Assembly: GCA_964016885.1 (NCBI GenBank)
Contig: OZ024747.1
Span: 22,258,001-22,322,000, forward strand
Source of the DNA: Eledone cirrhosa
Taxonomy: Eukaryota
Direction of reading: 5' to 3'
Length of the DNA stretch: 64,000 nt
The notes beneath the pieces were generated by a model, which was given only the letters and a program-made list of their open reading frames with translations, did not search any database and was not told the DNA's origin. The position numbers and the translations under genes are program-made. Every line of letters starts with the position of its first letter. The first letter of the stretch is position 1. Of the stretch, positions 1 to 12,672 are shown piece by piece.

Positions 1-178
1 GAATCCTCAGGCATGCTTTCCAGAGTGTGCTATCAGAAACAACCATCATGAAAAGATTCAGCTGGATCACCAAGCAAGACTAACCAAGATTATGGATGTT
101 ATTCAGCTATCTTGGTTGAGGTCTACTTCTCGGTCTCTTTTTGGTTAGATTTGCTTGTAAAATTTTGAACATAACTAT

Positions 179-383
179 TTAACCCTTTAGGATTTAAACC
201 AGCCATATTCAGCCAGAATTCTCTCACCTCTTTCTGGTCAAACTGGCTGTAACCAGCCGCTCATACTGATGTTAAGGTATTCTCAAAATAAATAATATAA
301 AAGTCTCATAGATGTGATATTATGCGAGATAATTATGAAAATATAATAGTAAATATAGAAAAATGTAAATGCAAAAGGGTTAA
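179..383. mobile_element. piggyBac-type MITE, family A
   Basis: TTAA-CCCTTTAGGATTTA...TAAATGCAAAAGGG-TTAA; same internal sequence as copies at 10819, 12124 and 23243. Confidence 0.8.
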
Positions 384-1193
384 TGTTTCATCTTTTGATC
401 AGTATATTATTTAATATGAGTTTTTTTTTTTCATTAACAATAATAGCAGCAATGTTCATTTTTACTCTGAAGGAACTTAATATATTCTTTGAGTGTATCC
501 TTCCCAACACCAAAAACAAAAATGTATCAAACATAGCATGGTAATAATTAGGAAGCTATCCAAAGGTTCATAGAGCTGGTTCTTATCCTTCGTTTCTATA
601 CTGTTAAGAATGCTGAAGAATAATAAATATCTGATGCTTGTAGCCTTTGCTCTAGGATGCCTTGAACACTGTACAGCAAGTCAACAAATCTTTCTATAGT
701 GTTATTTAAGTAGTGAATTTTCTACTTTCCATATTACCTACATAGAGCTAACCAATTTAAGATTTAACCCTCTTGATACCAAATTACCTCAAACCGCTCC
801 TGCTTCTATGATACAAAAGCTGCTTATTTTAAAAGTTTATATTTATCTAAAACCCTTTTAAGTTATGCCCCAAACACCATTGAGATAATGAGAAAGTGAG
901 TTATATTATTAAATCCTTTCAAATTCTTGATTGTAAGGAAGTTTCAATGGTGTTGCTATTATGATTATTATAAAGTTATAATAATATTTCTTCTAAAATA
1001 CACTGTATTTGAATTAATCAATGAAGAATTTGAAAGGATTTACTAAAATTATTAAGAAGGCATGTGTAACATAACAAAAAAGGTTTATATAAAGTTGTAT
1101 TGGAAAATTTTTATTTAAATGGGAACCTTCTAAATTGATGACTTTGTTCCATAAAAAAAAAAATCTAAATATTTTTTTTATTTTTCTCCCTAG

Positions 1194-1360
1194 ATATCTG
1201 ATGTTGTTGTGCCTGGCCAGCCTGAAAACCTTACCGCTAAAGAAGCTCTTCTCCTATGGAGTCGCCGAACAACAGAGGGATACCCTGGTATCAAAGTAAC
1301 AGACTTTTCTACAAGTTGGAGGGATGGCAAAGCCTTTCTTTCCATTATTCACAGACACAG
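1194..1360 (+). CDS. Exon: start of second calponin-homology (CH2) domain
   Basis: tag|[55 protein letters not shown](R)|gtaaga; plectin/MACF CH2 motifs AKEALLLW and SWRDG. Confidence 0.97.
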
Positions 1361-2606
1361 GTAAGAGTTGAGAGATTGTTATCATTGTTGTTGTTCAAAG
1401 TTCAAATCCCACCATAGTCAACTTTGCCTTTCATCTTTCTAGGGTTCATAAGATAAAATACCAGTCAATTCAATCAACTAAATCTTTCCCACAAATTTCT
1501 GGCTTTGTGCCAATGTAAGAAATTATCATACTGGGACATTACTATTGATATCTTAAATTTTAAAATGACAATTGTGCAGAAATATGTGTGGACGAATGTG
1601 TTTGTATATATCTATTATATTATAATATTGATACAAAGACATCGATATCTGAATAATGAAATGTTGGCCTATCAATCAAAGGTTCATGTGTATTGTGTCC
1701 TGTCTCTGATGAAGATACTTAACTCTCCATCACACAATCTATAAATAGATACCAAAAGTAACTATCTACTTAACAGAATATAGAAAGATAAACAGCTAAC
1801 AGCTGGGGGGGGGGGGGGAACTGTGTGGTTGATGAGTGTGTTCTTTTTGTTTAAAATGCTGAACTCAAATGCTCCTATCAGGAAAACACTTCTAATAGAC
1901 TGGTGTCTTTTCAGAGGGTCCTTTCATTAACTCTTAACATCTTGTAATTATTTAGCAGAAAATGGGTAAAAACATGGCTTGTTATACTAGTGGATAACAT
2001 TGTGAAAATTTGCAGTATTGAAGTAAAAACTTTAATTTTTAATGTGATAGTTATAGTGCTGTTTTGTACTTTTCTAGAATGTCTTGCTAATGCAGTTTCA
2101 TATGGCATAGGACATTAGAGCTAATTTCAATCAGAAAAAGATTCTAGTTACAAGCTGCCCATATTTAGTTACGGTCAATATTTTTCAAAGCAAGAATATA
2201 ATTAAATGAGTTGACCTTTATATAATATTTGTAGTTATTTTATCAACATTGAAAATGATGAAAGGCAAAAACTGACTTCAGCAGGATTTGGTGTCAGAAA
2301 TATGAAGCCTCAAACTAAATATATAAAAGCTTCTAGCTCCAATATTCCTGTTTATACATTTCTCTATATTTGCATATATATTTTCTTATTCAAATAAGCT
2401 ATAATTGCCATGCTTAAGAGTTAATGCCTTTAATGATAGAATAAATTCCTTCTTGCTGCAACAGCTAGTAATGGTAATATGTAAAACAAAAATAACTAAA
2501 AGAAATAAGGTCAGTCAGTCAGTTCATCAGGTCATTGGTTAGTGTTCACTAGATATTCATATGTATTCAATGCTTAAGGATCAGCTGCATGCAATGAAGA
2601 AATAAT

Positions 2607-2771
2607 TGTTTCTACTTTAGGGACAAGGCCAGCAATTACCCAGTGCATTACTGGTACTTTATTTTATCGACCCCGTAAGGATGAAAGGTAAAGTCAACCT
2701 CGGCGGGATTTGAACTCAGATCGTAAAGGGACGTAACTATGCTGGAAAGCATGGCGTCCGACCCTCTACCG
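2607..2771 (-). mobile_element. tRNA-derived SINE family 1 (Deu/Nin-like domain), 5'-truncated, with TSD
   Basis: B box gagttcaaatcc and cctttcatccttacggggtcgataaaataaagtaccag core; 13-bp TSD atgaagaaataat at 2594-2606 and 2772-2784. Confidence 0.85.
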
Positions 2772-2873
2772 ATGAAGAAATAATGATCCTCAATTTTGAG
2801 CTACTGTTTATGCCAGTGTACATGACTGGATTTCAACCTTTAACCCCCCCCCCCAACCAAACTAGAAATTGTC

Positions 2874-3115
2874 TTAACCCTTTCAGTACCAAATTTCTAA
2901 TTGACATATACTGTATTTTAATTAATCAACAAAGAATTTGGGGGGATTTACTAAAATTATGAATTATTTCATCATTAAGATAGTATTTGTAACAAATGGT
3001 TCTTATATATAATTGTGTTGGAAGATTTTAATTTGAATACGAACCCTTTAAAATAGGTAGTTTTCTTTCATATAACCAGAGCCAGTTTTGCTCAGGTTAG
3101 TAACAAAAGGGTTAA
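2874..3115. mobile_element. piggyBac-type MITE, family B (older)
   Basis: TTAACCCTTT...AAAAGGGTTAA; related degenerate copies near 764, 6365, 7411, 9023, 20567, 21711, 27675 and 36680. Confidence 0.7.
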
Positions 3116-3484
3116 ACAGCATCATCATCATCTCTTAACATCTGCTTTCCCTGCAAGCAAGTATATAATCTGGGCCTTATCATTCTGTGCTCTCCTGAAG
3201 CATGACAAAGTAGACAAATGAAAGAAAATACCTACAGTGTACTTTACACTAACATTTCTAATACATTACAGTAAAATATTATACATGCCATAAGTTAATC
3301 CTTTCTAGTAAATGGTGAAATTATACCTGACACCATGTTAATTCCTGTAAAATTACCAGCACCTAAGTGATATCTCTAGTGTTTATATTATCACAGCTGG
3401 GTACATTTGATACATGTTATGGTTGCTAATTGGCAGCTTTTTACTCTTATTTGTAATAAATTGGCCTAAATATTGATAGCTAAG

Positions 3485-4068
3485 ACTGTTGTGTAACAGC
3501 ATCACACTGTTTGTTGAGATGGTTGTTACAGAACTATTGGAGTTATAGTAGTGAACCTAACAGCATCATCTCACTGGTTGTTGGTATGGTTGTTACAGAA
3601 CAGTTAGAGCAATAGTAGTGAACTAACAGCATCATCTCACTGGTTGTTGGTATGGTTGTTACAGAACAGTTAGAGCAATAGTAGTGAACTAACAGCATCA
3701 TCTCACTGGTTGTTGGTATGGTTGTTACAGAACAGTTAGAGCAATAGTAGTGAACTAACAGCATCATCTCACTGGTTGTTGGTATGGTTGCTACAGAACA
3801 GTTAGAGCAATAGTAGTGAACTAACAGCATCATCTCACTGGTTGTTGGTATGGTTGTTAGTGCTTGTAGTGTGCCTAACAGCATCATCCCACTAGTTTTG
3901 AGTATGGTTGTTACAGAACTATTGGGACACTAATAGTGTGCCTAACAGCATTATCCCATCCCACCTATTTTGGGTATGGTTGTTACAGAACTATTGGAGC
4001 TATAGTAGTGAACCTAACATCATCATCCCATGAGTTGTTGTTACGGTTGTTACAGAACTATTGGGACA
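3485..4068. repeat. 66-bp minisatellite, ~8-9 copies, central copies near-identical
   Basis: aatagtagtgaactaacagcatcatctcactggttgttggtatggttgttacagaacagttagagc at 3611, 3677, 3743 and onward. Confidence 0.93.
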
Positions 4069-4469
4069 ATAAACTCTGACTGTAAGTGCAAAAGGAAGTA
4101 ATGAATATTACAATTCAAATTTTTCCTTTTCTTAAAAATCTTGGATTTCCTGCTTATCTAGACTAAATAATCTGATTCATGCCACAAGAAAATATAGTAT
4201 CAACATCTGTCAATTCTTTTTTGCATAATGTAAATCTTATAAGAAATACATCTCTTCCTTGACAAATCACAATCTCATGTAGTTTTTTCCTTCCTAATGA
4301 TTCCTTAAACTTACTACAAGCTAACAAGCTGCAGACATGTTTCTGCTTATAATAATTAACTATTACAATGGTGTTCCAACTTAACCCTTCCCTTTTGATA
4401 CCAAATCACCTGAAACCTATATCATGATTGCATCATAAAGATTTTTAAATTGATTTCTAATCATGGCCA

Positions 4470-4880
4470 GTAAATTTGGTAGAAGGGCAAAGTTGAATAC
4501 ATCAACCCCACTACATAACTGTTACTTTATTTTATTGACCCCACAAGAATAAAAGGCAAAGTTAACCTTGGTGGGAATTGAATTCAGAATTTAAAGTGTC
4601 ATAATCAAATACTATAATGAATTTTGTCTAGCGCTTAATTCTGCCAATCCACTGCCCTCATAATAAGTAAAGGAAATAAATAAGGATTTCTAATTTAGGC
4701 ACAAGGCTAGTATATTTTGGGGGAAGGGTCATATTGATTAAATTAAGCGCAGGGCTTAACTGGTACTGAATTGTATTGATCTTGGAAGAATGAAAGGCAA
4801 AGTTGACTGGATTTGAACTCATAATGTAAAGAGTCAGAACAAATACCATAACAACATTTTATCTGACATTCTCCTTCATT
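4470..4880 (-). mobile_element. Two adjacent degenerate SINE family 1 copies
   Basis: Two blocks of ttttattgacccc...aaaggcaaagtt(g/a)ac...gaa(c/t)tca similarity. Confidence 0.65.
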
Positions 4881-4905
4881 TGCTTGTCTTCTTCTTTCTT
4901 TTTAG

Positions 4906-5021
4906 ACCTGACTTGGTCGATTATAGGCAGGTGCGAAGAAATTCTCCACGACAGAATCTAAATTTGGCTTTTAACATTGCTGAATCTGAATTTGGTGTTA
5001 CCAAACTGCTGGATGCAGAAG
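4906..5021 (+). CDS. Exon: CH2 domain
   Basis: tttag|PDLVDYRQVRRNSPRQNLNLAFNIAESEFGVTKLLDAE|gtaagt; phase 2 to 1. Confidence 0.97.
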
Positions 5022-5658
5022 GTAAGTTCAAATTTTTTCTTTAAATATCTCATTTAGTTTCTGCAGTTGGTGGTTGATTTTGAATAGATAACAAACCCAA
5101 TACATATAATATAATATATATATGTCTAACCCATTCTAGCGTGGAAGATAGACGTTAAACAATGATGATGATATATAAGTTCAAAATTAACACATGAAAC
5201 AAACAAGAGACACAGAAAACTTGGAGGTGACACCTGAAGAATTCTCATTTGCCAGCTGTCTTATTGGGTGTCTTTCTAGTTTCAGTTGCTTTAGAATACA
5301 GTACTACACTTCCCAGGGTACCAATATTCTCTGAGGAAAGAGAGCTTATATATATATAGGTACTCAATACATAGTAGAGTATATGTTTAATATAGAAATG
5401 GCTTCTACAGGACTAGAACTGTTTCCTTCAAATGAAACAGTTCTAGTCCTATATTAAACATTATATATATATATAAATAAAAGAAATAGTTTGTGCTGTC
5501 AGAATTTAATTTAAGAAATATCATGACAGTCAAACAATGAAAGAACATTTTGTAAACTATTTGACCTCAATATTTTATGTAAGTTTAAGTTTTAACCAGA
5601 TTATTTGTAAACTTTGAAGTTGAGAAGTACTTAACTTGGAACTTTTTCATTTTTCCAG

Positions 5659-5765
5659 ATGTCGATGTTCAAGAACCAGATGAGAAGTCTGTAATAACAT
5701 ATGTGTCGTCATTATATGATGTCTTTCCAGATGTTCCGAGTGTTGAACAATCTCTAAGAGATAAT
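5659..5765 (+). CDS. Exon: end of CH2 domain
   Basis: ccag|[36 protein letters not shown]|gtaaga; [14 protein letters not shown] signature. Confidence 0.97.
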
Positions 5766-6733
5766 GTAAGAATTTGAGAACACTTCATTTTTTTTTTAAC
5801 TGTCAATACATACATACATGCATATGTATGTCTCTTTGATATATATGAGTGTGTGTGTAAATATATATATATAAATAACCCATACTAGTGTGAAAAAATG
5901 GGTGTTAAATGATGATATATGTGTGTGTGTATATATATATATATATATGGGACTGTGTGAATGTTTAGAATGTATATATATCATATTGATCTGATTAACA
6001 TAACATGAGCTGTCACACAAACACACTACAGTCATCACATACTGCCTGTGTAATCAGAACAAGTCTAGATCTAATGACAAAGAGGTAGACCAAGACAACT
6101 GATAGACCTCATTCCATGGCTGAATATTTTCAGATTTATCTTATACCTATTCCTACTAACAGTTAGGTGTAGGGGAGCTATGTATAGTGTAATAGTTTCC
6201 CCAGAAACTCAATAGAACATTAGTAACAGGTTTCAACTCCTGGTCCTTGCAACATTTTACCTTAATCCTTTTGATACCAAATCACCTGATTCTATTATAT
6301 AAAACTGTGTACTTTGAGGTGTTTATATTTATTTTTAAAAAAACCTTCCACCATGTTACAGTATTAACCCTTTTGTTTTCAAGTCATCTAAAACCAAAGC
6401 TGGTTCTATAACACAGAGCTGTTTTTATTAAAATGTTTATAGTCATCTAAAAAAAAATGTTCATCATAATTTAATGGAAGGACATTTTTTTAAGTAATAT
6501 TTCAAATGCCAATCTAATAATTAGAAAGTTGGTTATATTACTAAATCCTTCCAAATTCTTGATTGCTTTCAAAATTATTTGAAAGCCATAGGTAGTGTTT
6601 TTCATTAGAAATATGGCCATGAAAATATTAAACAATACTGAGTCCTTTGCTTTCTGAACTCTTCAAGTCTAATCTAAGACATTACTAAAAAGTTCCATCA
6701 AATAATCTTGTTAACAACATGATTTATTTTTAG

Positions 6734-6853
6734 GAGCGGCAAATAAAGGTTGAGGAATACCGTGAGCATACAACATCTTTACTTGCCTGGACCAAAGAGA
6801 AAACTGCAATGCTGCTGAATCGGAACTTCCCCAGCACTTTGATTGAGATGAGG
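6734..6853 (+). CDS. Exon: plakin domain, first spectrin-like repeat
   Basis: tag|ERQIKVEEYREHTTSLLAWTKEKTAMLLNRNFPSTLIEMR|gtgagt. Confidence 0.94.
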
Positions 6854-7410
6854 GTGAGTCAACTTTTTCAAAGATGTCTACATTTTTATCTCAAGCCTTC
6901 TCTAATATCTTAACAGTTTTTGTTGTTTTTTTTCTGTTCCTTTTCCTTCTTATCTCTCATTTTCTTAAATTTCAACATTTTCAATTCAGAAACATTATTT
7001 AAGCATAACTATTGTAATGAATAATTTCTCACTGCAACTAGGAATTCTAAGAGTTGTAGTAAACTATATTATTACTCTAGTTACTGCTACTACTTGTAAA
7101 GTAGGTACTAAAATACAATACTAAATTCAGTGAGCCAAGATATCTATAATATTAATACACTAATATATGATTGTTATGTAGTGGGAGGATGAGTCAAAGA
7201 AGAGAAATTTTCGTGAGAGGTGAAGTAGTAACAGTATGAGGTAGAAGAAAGCTAGATCTGTGAAAACTTCAATTAATGCTACATGCATCTTTTACCATCT
7301 GCAAACAGAAAATTGTAAATATTTTCTTTTTGTGGGGAGACAGAGAGAAATATTTCAATCATTATACTTTTATAAAGATCATTGTAATATAGTTTGTAAA
7401 AATATATTGT

Positions 7411-7653
7411 TTAACCTTTTTGATACTAACCCACCCACCTGAAACCATCTCTAATGCTATGAAACAAGACTACCCATTTTAAAGGATTCTTATCTATATT
7501 AACATTTTTCAACATAATTTGATATTTTGATCCTTTTGTTGTTACAAATAACATTTTAATGATAAAATAACTGATAATTTTAGTAAATTGCTCCAAAACT
7601 TTTTAATTCAGGTACATTATATTTCATTAGAAATATCATAACGAAAAGGTTAA
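7411..7653. mobile_element. piggyBac-type MITE, family B
   Basis: TTAACCTTTTTGATACT...ACGAAAAGGTTAA; opposite orientation to the 2874 copy. Confidence 0.65.
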
Positions 7654-7693
7654 CAAATTTCAGCCCCTGATTTTTTATGTTTCTCTTTGACAG

Positions 7694-7789
7694 TCACTTC
7701 TAGCAGATTTTGGTAAATTTAGATTGGAAGAAGTTCCTCCTCGACTTGAGCTGAAACAAAAACTCTTTCGATTATTTGATGAAATTCAA
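7694..7789 (+). CDS. Exon: plakin domain
   Basis: cag|SLLADFGKFRLEEVPPRLELKQKLFRLFDEIQ|gtaagt. Confidence 0.93.
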
Positions 7790-8060
7790 GTAAGTACCCA
7801 ACCAAATTTGGTCGTCTTTTCTTTTCTGTTTCTTGCGTCTTTTCTTTTCTTTTTTGTTTCTTGCTTCTAAGCTATTAATTTTTATTTGCTTCACTTTTAT
7901 TTTTGTAACTTTAAAACTATAAATTTGAAGCATTTCACATTAATTTTATTTCTTCCATTAAGAAACAGTATTTTTGGTGCTTCACACCATTGTTGTTATT
8001 TTAGAATTGAGTAAACTTCTTTTCTTTTCAAACTATTTTCTTATGTCTTTTGTTATTTAG

Positions 8061-8191
8061 GCTCTTAGCAATGACACATTACCCCTTGGATTAGAAGATG
8101 AACTATACCCCAAAAATGTCGAAAGGCTATTCACTCGCTTTTTATTGGCACAACAAGAAAAGGACATGGCTATCCAATCAGAACTTGTTAG
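8061..8191 (+). CDS. Exon: plakin domain
   Basis: tag|ALSNDTLPLGLEDELYPKNVERLFTRFLLAQQEKDMAIQSELV(R)|gtaaga. Confidence 0.93.
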
Positions 8192-8804
8192 GTAAGATAA
8201 TCATATATATATATATATATTCATTTAGGTTTGGTGGTTCACCACCATTATTTTATGCAATAAACATGATGTCACTAGGATCTTACGGAACTTGGTCACT
8301 GTATAGTGTTTGCTATAATAAATCTTTGAAGAAATTTCACCAGTCCAGCCTCCTGTCATTTTACTCTATAATATATATATATATATATATATATAATTTC
8401 AGTTACTTTTCTATCTTACAAAAACACTCTTAGATAAATAAAACAGAAACTAACTCGTTATCATGCTAATTAATATTTATATGGCAACAGATTATCAATC
8501 TCATCTAAAATGAATCATTAATTCTTGTGAAATGTATATATATTTGGTTAGTTTTATAATAGCTTTGTGAAACAATAATATTAATGTTATTAATTCATTA
8601 CTTCAATTGATGAAATTCCTTTTATTCCATTTCCTGCAAATTTTTCTCATCTTTTTTTCTTATTCCTGTCACTTTTCTCAATCTGTTTGTCAACCTTTTT
8701 TTTTTTTGTTTCATTTACCTTATCTCCCTGGCTAAATATTTTTCTTAAAGACTAGTTTGTATTTTTATTTCTTATTCTTTTCATATGCAAATCTTGTTTT
8801 ACAG

Positions 8805-8898
8805 GTTAGAAAGACTACAACGTCTTGCTGAGAAAATTCACAGAGAAGCCAAAATAAGTGAAGATAGTCTAAATGACATAGAATGGCGAATATTTGGG
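8805..8898 (+). CDS. Exon: plakin domain
   Basis: acag|LERLQRLAEKIHREAKISEDSLNDIEWRIFG|gtatgg; RLERLQRLAEK is typical of plectin/Shot. Confidence 0.93.
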
Positions 8899-9361
8899 GT
8901 ATGGATCTCTTAGTTCCAAAACTTTTATCTAAACAGCTGTTTTGAATTTCCATTATTCTAAGGCAGTATCAACCAATATTGTCAGTAGGTTATTGTAAAT
9001 ATCTCTGTTAAAAACAGTTATTTAACCCTTTTCATCTGAAATCATCTCTAGTTCTTTGATAGGAAAACTACCTGTTTTTAAAGGGTTCATATTTAATATA
9101 AAATCACCTATGATAATTTCATAAAGACTCTGTCCACCCTGTAAGGTGGTCATGTTACTACTATGCAAAAAGCTCTAAGTACACACTGTTCTGAGGTTGA
9201 CCTTAGGAAAAGCATCCAGCCATAGAAAGCCCAGCCCAAAACTGAGCGTATGAGCTAGACATGACCACCCAATCTTTTCTAACAACAAAGATGGACGTTA
9301 AAGTGATGATGCTGAAGAGGATGAAACTAAGAATCTTTTATTTACTTATTCATTTATTTTA

Positions 9362-9560
9362 GGATGGTTGATTGGCAGAGTTGTTAGAGCATCAAACAAA
9401 TACTTTGTGTTTGTTCTGGCTTTGTCATTCTAAGTTCAAATCCTGCCCAACTCTATTTTATCTTTCATCTTTATGAGGTTGATAAAATAAAGTACCAGTT
9501 GATATACTTGACTCCATCTACCAGCCCCAAAATTGCTGCCCTTGTGCTAAAATTATAAAG
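9362..9560 (+). mobile_element. SINE family 1, degenerate full-length
   Basis: A box ttggcagagttgttag, B box aagttcaaatcc, gataaaataaagtaccag core. Confidence 0.72.
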
Positions 9561-9593
9561 CAGTTATTTACTTATTTATTTTCCATTGTTTAG

Positions 9594-9757
9594 GAGGAGA
9601 AAAGGATTGACAAGCTTCATCCTGTTGAAGCAAAGCGTTGCTGTGATAGCTTAGACAGATCTCTGCAAAACATTGAGGAATCTACAAGAAGTTTGTTTCG
9701 CGACATACAAACATTGAAAGATGGATCCTACCCTCAAACAGATTCATTTTATAAACG
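9594..9757 (+). CDS. Exon: plakin domain
   Basis: tag|EEKRIDKLHPVEAKRCCDSLDRSLQNIEESTRSLFRDIQTLKDGSYPQTDSFYK(R)|gtaatt; LFxDxQxLKDGxYPQ motif. Confidence 0.94.
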
Positions 9758-10818
9758 GTAATTCTTTCACTTTTTTTATGTATACATTTTTTTCACGATA
9801 CATCAGTTTAAATATGTTTTGTGTTTGTTTGTTTTTTATTCCTTTTTTTTTTTTCCTTTTTTTTTTTCAAAATGCTTTATAATTTGTGGAATCCAGTTAG
9901 AAGAAAAATATACTAATTGTTATTACTGTATTTTGTGAAAGACTAATTTTAATTGCAGTTTACCAATTAGGTAAAGCTATAAAATATACTCCTTCATTAG
10001 TTACTTTTAATTGATGTTGTACATAATGTAGATGACTCTCCTCATAGTAAGTTGGTTGGGTTTACACATTGGTTTGTTTTTAGATATTTACTCCCTACTA
10101 TCATAGTGTTTAGCCCCATATACAGTGAGGTTAACTCCTTACTTCCTGTGTTGAAGTCTATACATAAGCTTTCTTCTCTTTATAGTGGAGCTAATGTCTC
10201 AATTGAATGACTGTTTACATTGTGTGGTTAGTTTTAGAAAAGGCCTCCAGCCAAAATACATCTGCTCTGATTTGCATATTATTACATTTTGGTTAAAGTT
10301 TAAATGGTTGAGCCTTGGCTGGCATGCCTCTCCCATACAGGCATGTGGGCTTTCAGCTCTAATTTCTTAGGTTCAAATTCACTTTAAATGTTTTCTTGTG
10401 TATTTGAACAGTACATTTAATTTTGTGTGTCTCAATTCACCTGGCTATCAGAAATAAATACCAGTGTTGCCTAAAATAGACCAGTGTTGCCTAAAATAGA
10501 CCAGTGTCTAGTTCCAGGAATGTTTAATCTCTTATTTATCTTCTGAAATTTAAGTGCAAGCAGGGAAAAGCGGACATAAAATGATGATCATCATCATCAT
10601 CATAAACCCCTAGTATCTTGGGAGATATTTACATTTTAACAGTGATAAAGAATGAAATAATGGTGTTAAAAATAGTGTTTTATTAGAAGGCTACCACAGT
10701 ACAAATGGAACATTATTTGTTAAAAATATAACATATAACAATGATGTTACCTTTGAGTTGTTTAGTGGGCCACTAAACAACTTCAAGGTCTTCCAATATC
10801 TTTTTTACCATCATATAT

Positions 10819-11048
10819 TTAACCCTTTAGCATTTAAACCAGCCATATCCAGCCAGAATTCTTTCACCTCTTTCTATTTAAATTAGTCGTAACTGGCTGC
10901 ACATACTGATGTTAAGGTATTGTTCTCAAAATAAATAACATCAAAATCTCATAAATTCAATATTATGTGAGATAATTCTGTAAGATAAAACCTTTACCAC
11001 AAAAATACAATAATATATATAAGAGTTATGTAAATGCTAAAGGGTTAA
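10819..11048. mobile_element. piggyBac-type MITE, family A
   Basis: TTAA-CCCTTTAGCATTTA...TAAATGCTAAAGGG-TTAA; perfect TIRs and TTAA target site. Confidence 0.85.
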
Positions 11049-11178
11049 CAACTAATGTCCCATTTGTATTGCCATAGCCTCTAATAAAACACTATTTTCT
11101 ACACTTTACAGAATGCTTCAAGCAAACTACAACACACATTGTATTAAAAGCTTATTGTAATATTTCTTCTCTTTACAG

Positions 11179-11383
11179 AGTTTCCACATTGCAAGCCCGG
11201 GTTTCTACATTAAGGACCAAATTATACACAGATGTGATTCAAAAACTGTTGTCCCGATCCTATGTTGAGGAAGGTATAACTGTCACAAAGCGCAAGGAAA
11301 TTCTCACGGAAGTGCAATTAGTAGAAACGAATGAATCATTTAAACATTTACAGAACTGCCTCAACTGGATTGAAGCTAAACAG
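11179..11383 (+). CDS. Exon: plakin domain
   Basis: acag|VSTLQARVSTLRTKLYTD...HLQNCLNWIEAKQ|gtatat; core of ORF 11189-11545. Confidence 0.93.
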
Positions 11384-12123
11384 GTATATCACAATTGCTC
11401 ATATTTTTTTTTATTTTTACTACATAAGATAGAGAAGGCTATGGCCAACAACCTTTCTAATGTTGGTTCCATGAAAGCTGCATCCAGTACTCTCAGTAAG
11501 GTAGTTGCTAATATGAAGGGCATCTCACTATGCCAAAAAGTGTAGAGAAGATTCTTCAATTGTATTAAGTGCAGGTGATCTACACAAAAACATACCTAGT
11601 GTACTCTGAATGGGGTTGGTGACAGGAAAGGCATTCAACTTGCCAAACAAAGGATCGGGAGGACTCTTCAGTTGTCAAAGACATGACTGTGTCCCTAGTG
11701 TTGGTGATCTACATGATAAATGCACCCAGTACATTCTGTAAAGTGGCTAGTGATAGAAAGCTTGCCAAACAAAGGGTCAAGAAGACACTTCAGCTGTTTC
11801 AAAGATATGATGACCTCTGTAGGGCTGATGCTATGCTAAAATGTACTTGGTAGAGCACAGGAATGTGTGTAAGCAAGATGTAGTGATACAGTTCATGTGA
11901 GAAGTCAGTAGCTCTGCTTGCTAGCAGGAAAGCTGAATGTTAAATCATGATATTGATGATGATTCTGATATATCCCATATCTACTTTTCATTCAATCAAA
12001 AAGGCATGTATTGGCTCGGATGCACTCAATGCTATAATAATAGATGGATTTAGTTAATATAAAGTATGGTGTGCCCATGTGCAGGGATGCTGTAAAATAG
12101 CTTATAAAATACAGTGAAGACCT

Positions 12124-12351
12124 TTAACCCTTTAGCATTTAAACCAGCCATATCTGGCCAGAATTCTCTCACCTCTTTCTGTTCAAACTGGCTGTAACCG
12201 GCTGCTCATACTAATGTTAAAGTATTATTCTCAGAATAAATAATATCAAAATCTCATAGATTTGATGTTAGTGAGATAATTATATGAAGTAAAGCCTTCA
12301 CCATGAAAATATAATAGTAAATATAGAGTAATGTAAATGCTGATGGGTTAA
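12124..12351. mobile_element. piggyBac-type MITE, family A
   Basis: TTAA-CCCTTTAGCATTTA...TAAATGCTGATGGG-TTAA. Confidence 0.82.
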
Positions 12352-12374
12352 TGATGGAAAAAGAAGTTGCCATC

Positions 12375-12448
12375 GGCCGCTACAAGGAATTAAACCCTGT
12401 ATCTCCCAGATACCAGCTAGGCACTTTGAACCTTTGAGCCAGTGGACC
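12375..12448 (-). pseudogene. tRNA-like sequence (tRNA pseudogene or solo SINE head)
   Basis: Anticodon arm CCTAG-CTGGTAT-CTGGG and T arm CAGGG-TTTAATT-CCTTG pair; acceptor stem is imperfect. Confidence 0.55.
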
Positions 12449-12543
12449 ATTACAACTCTTATCATCTTAAATTAGATTGCTGTTTTGTTGTTGTTTTTTT
12501 AAACATTATAAAAATATGTGATGGGTCATTCCTTCTTTTGTAG

Positions 12544-12672
12544 CGATCTATCGAATCAGCTGGTTACGGAAACGATGTAACATCTGTCCATAAAGCATTA
12601 GAACAACATCAACATGACCATAAAAACATTTTGGAATTTCGCTCTGAAGTTGAGAAATGCAAAATAAATAAA
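12544..12672 (+). CDS. Exon: plakin domain
   Basis: tag|RSIESAGYGNDVTSVHKALEQHQHDHKNILEFRSEVEKCKNNK|gtaagt. Confidence 0.94.

Noticed and set aside
3543-3887. 114-aa Cys-containing repeat ORF
   Set aside because: Antisense translation of the 66-bp minisatellite; no splice or start context
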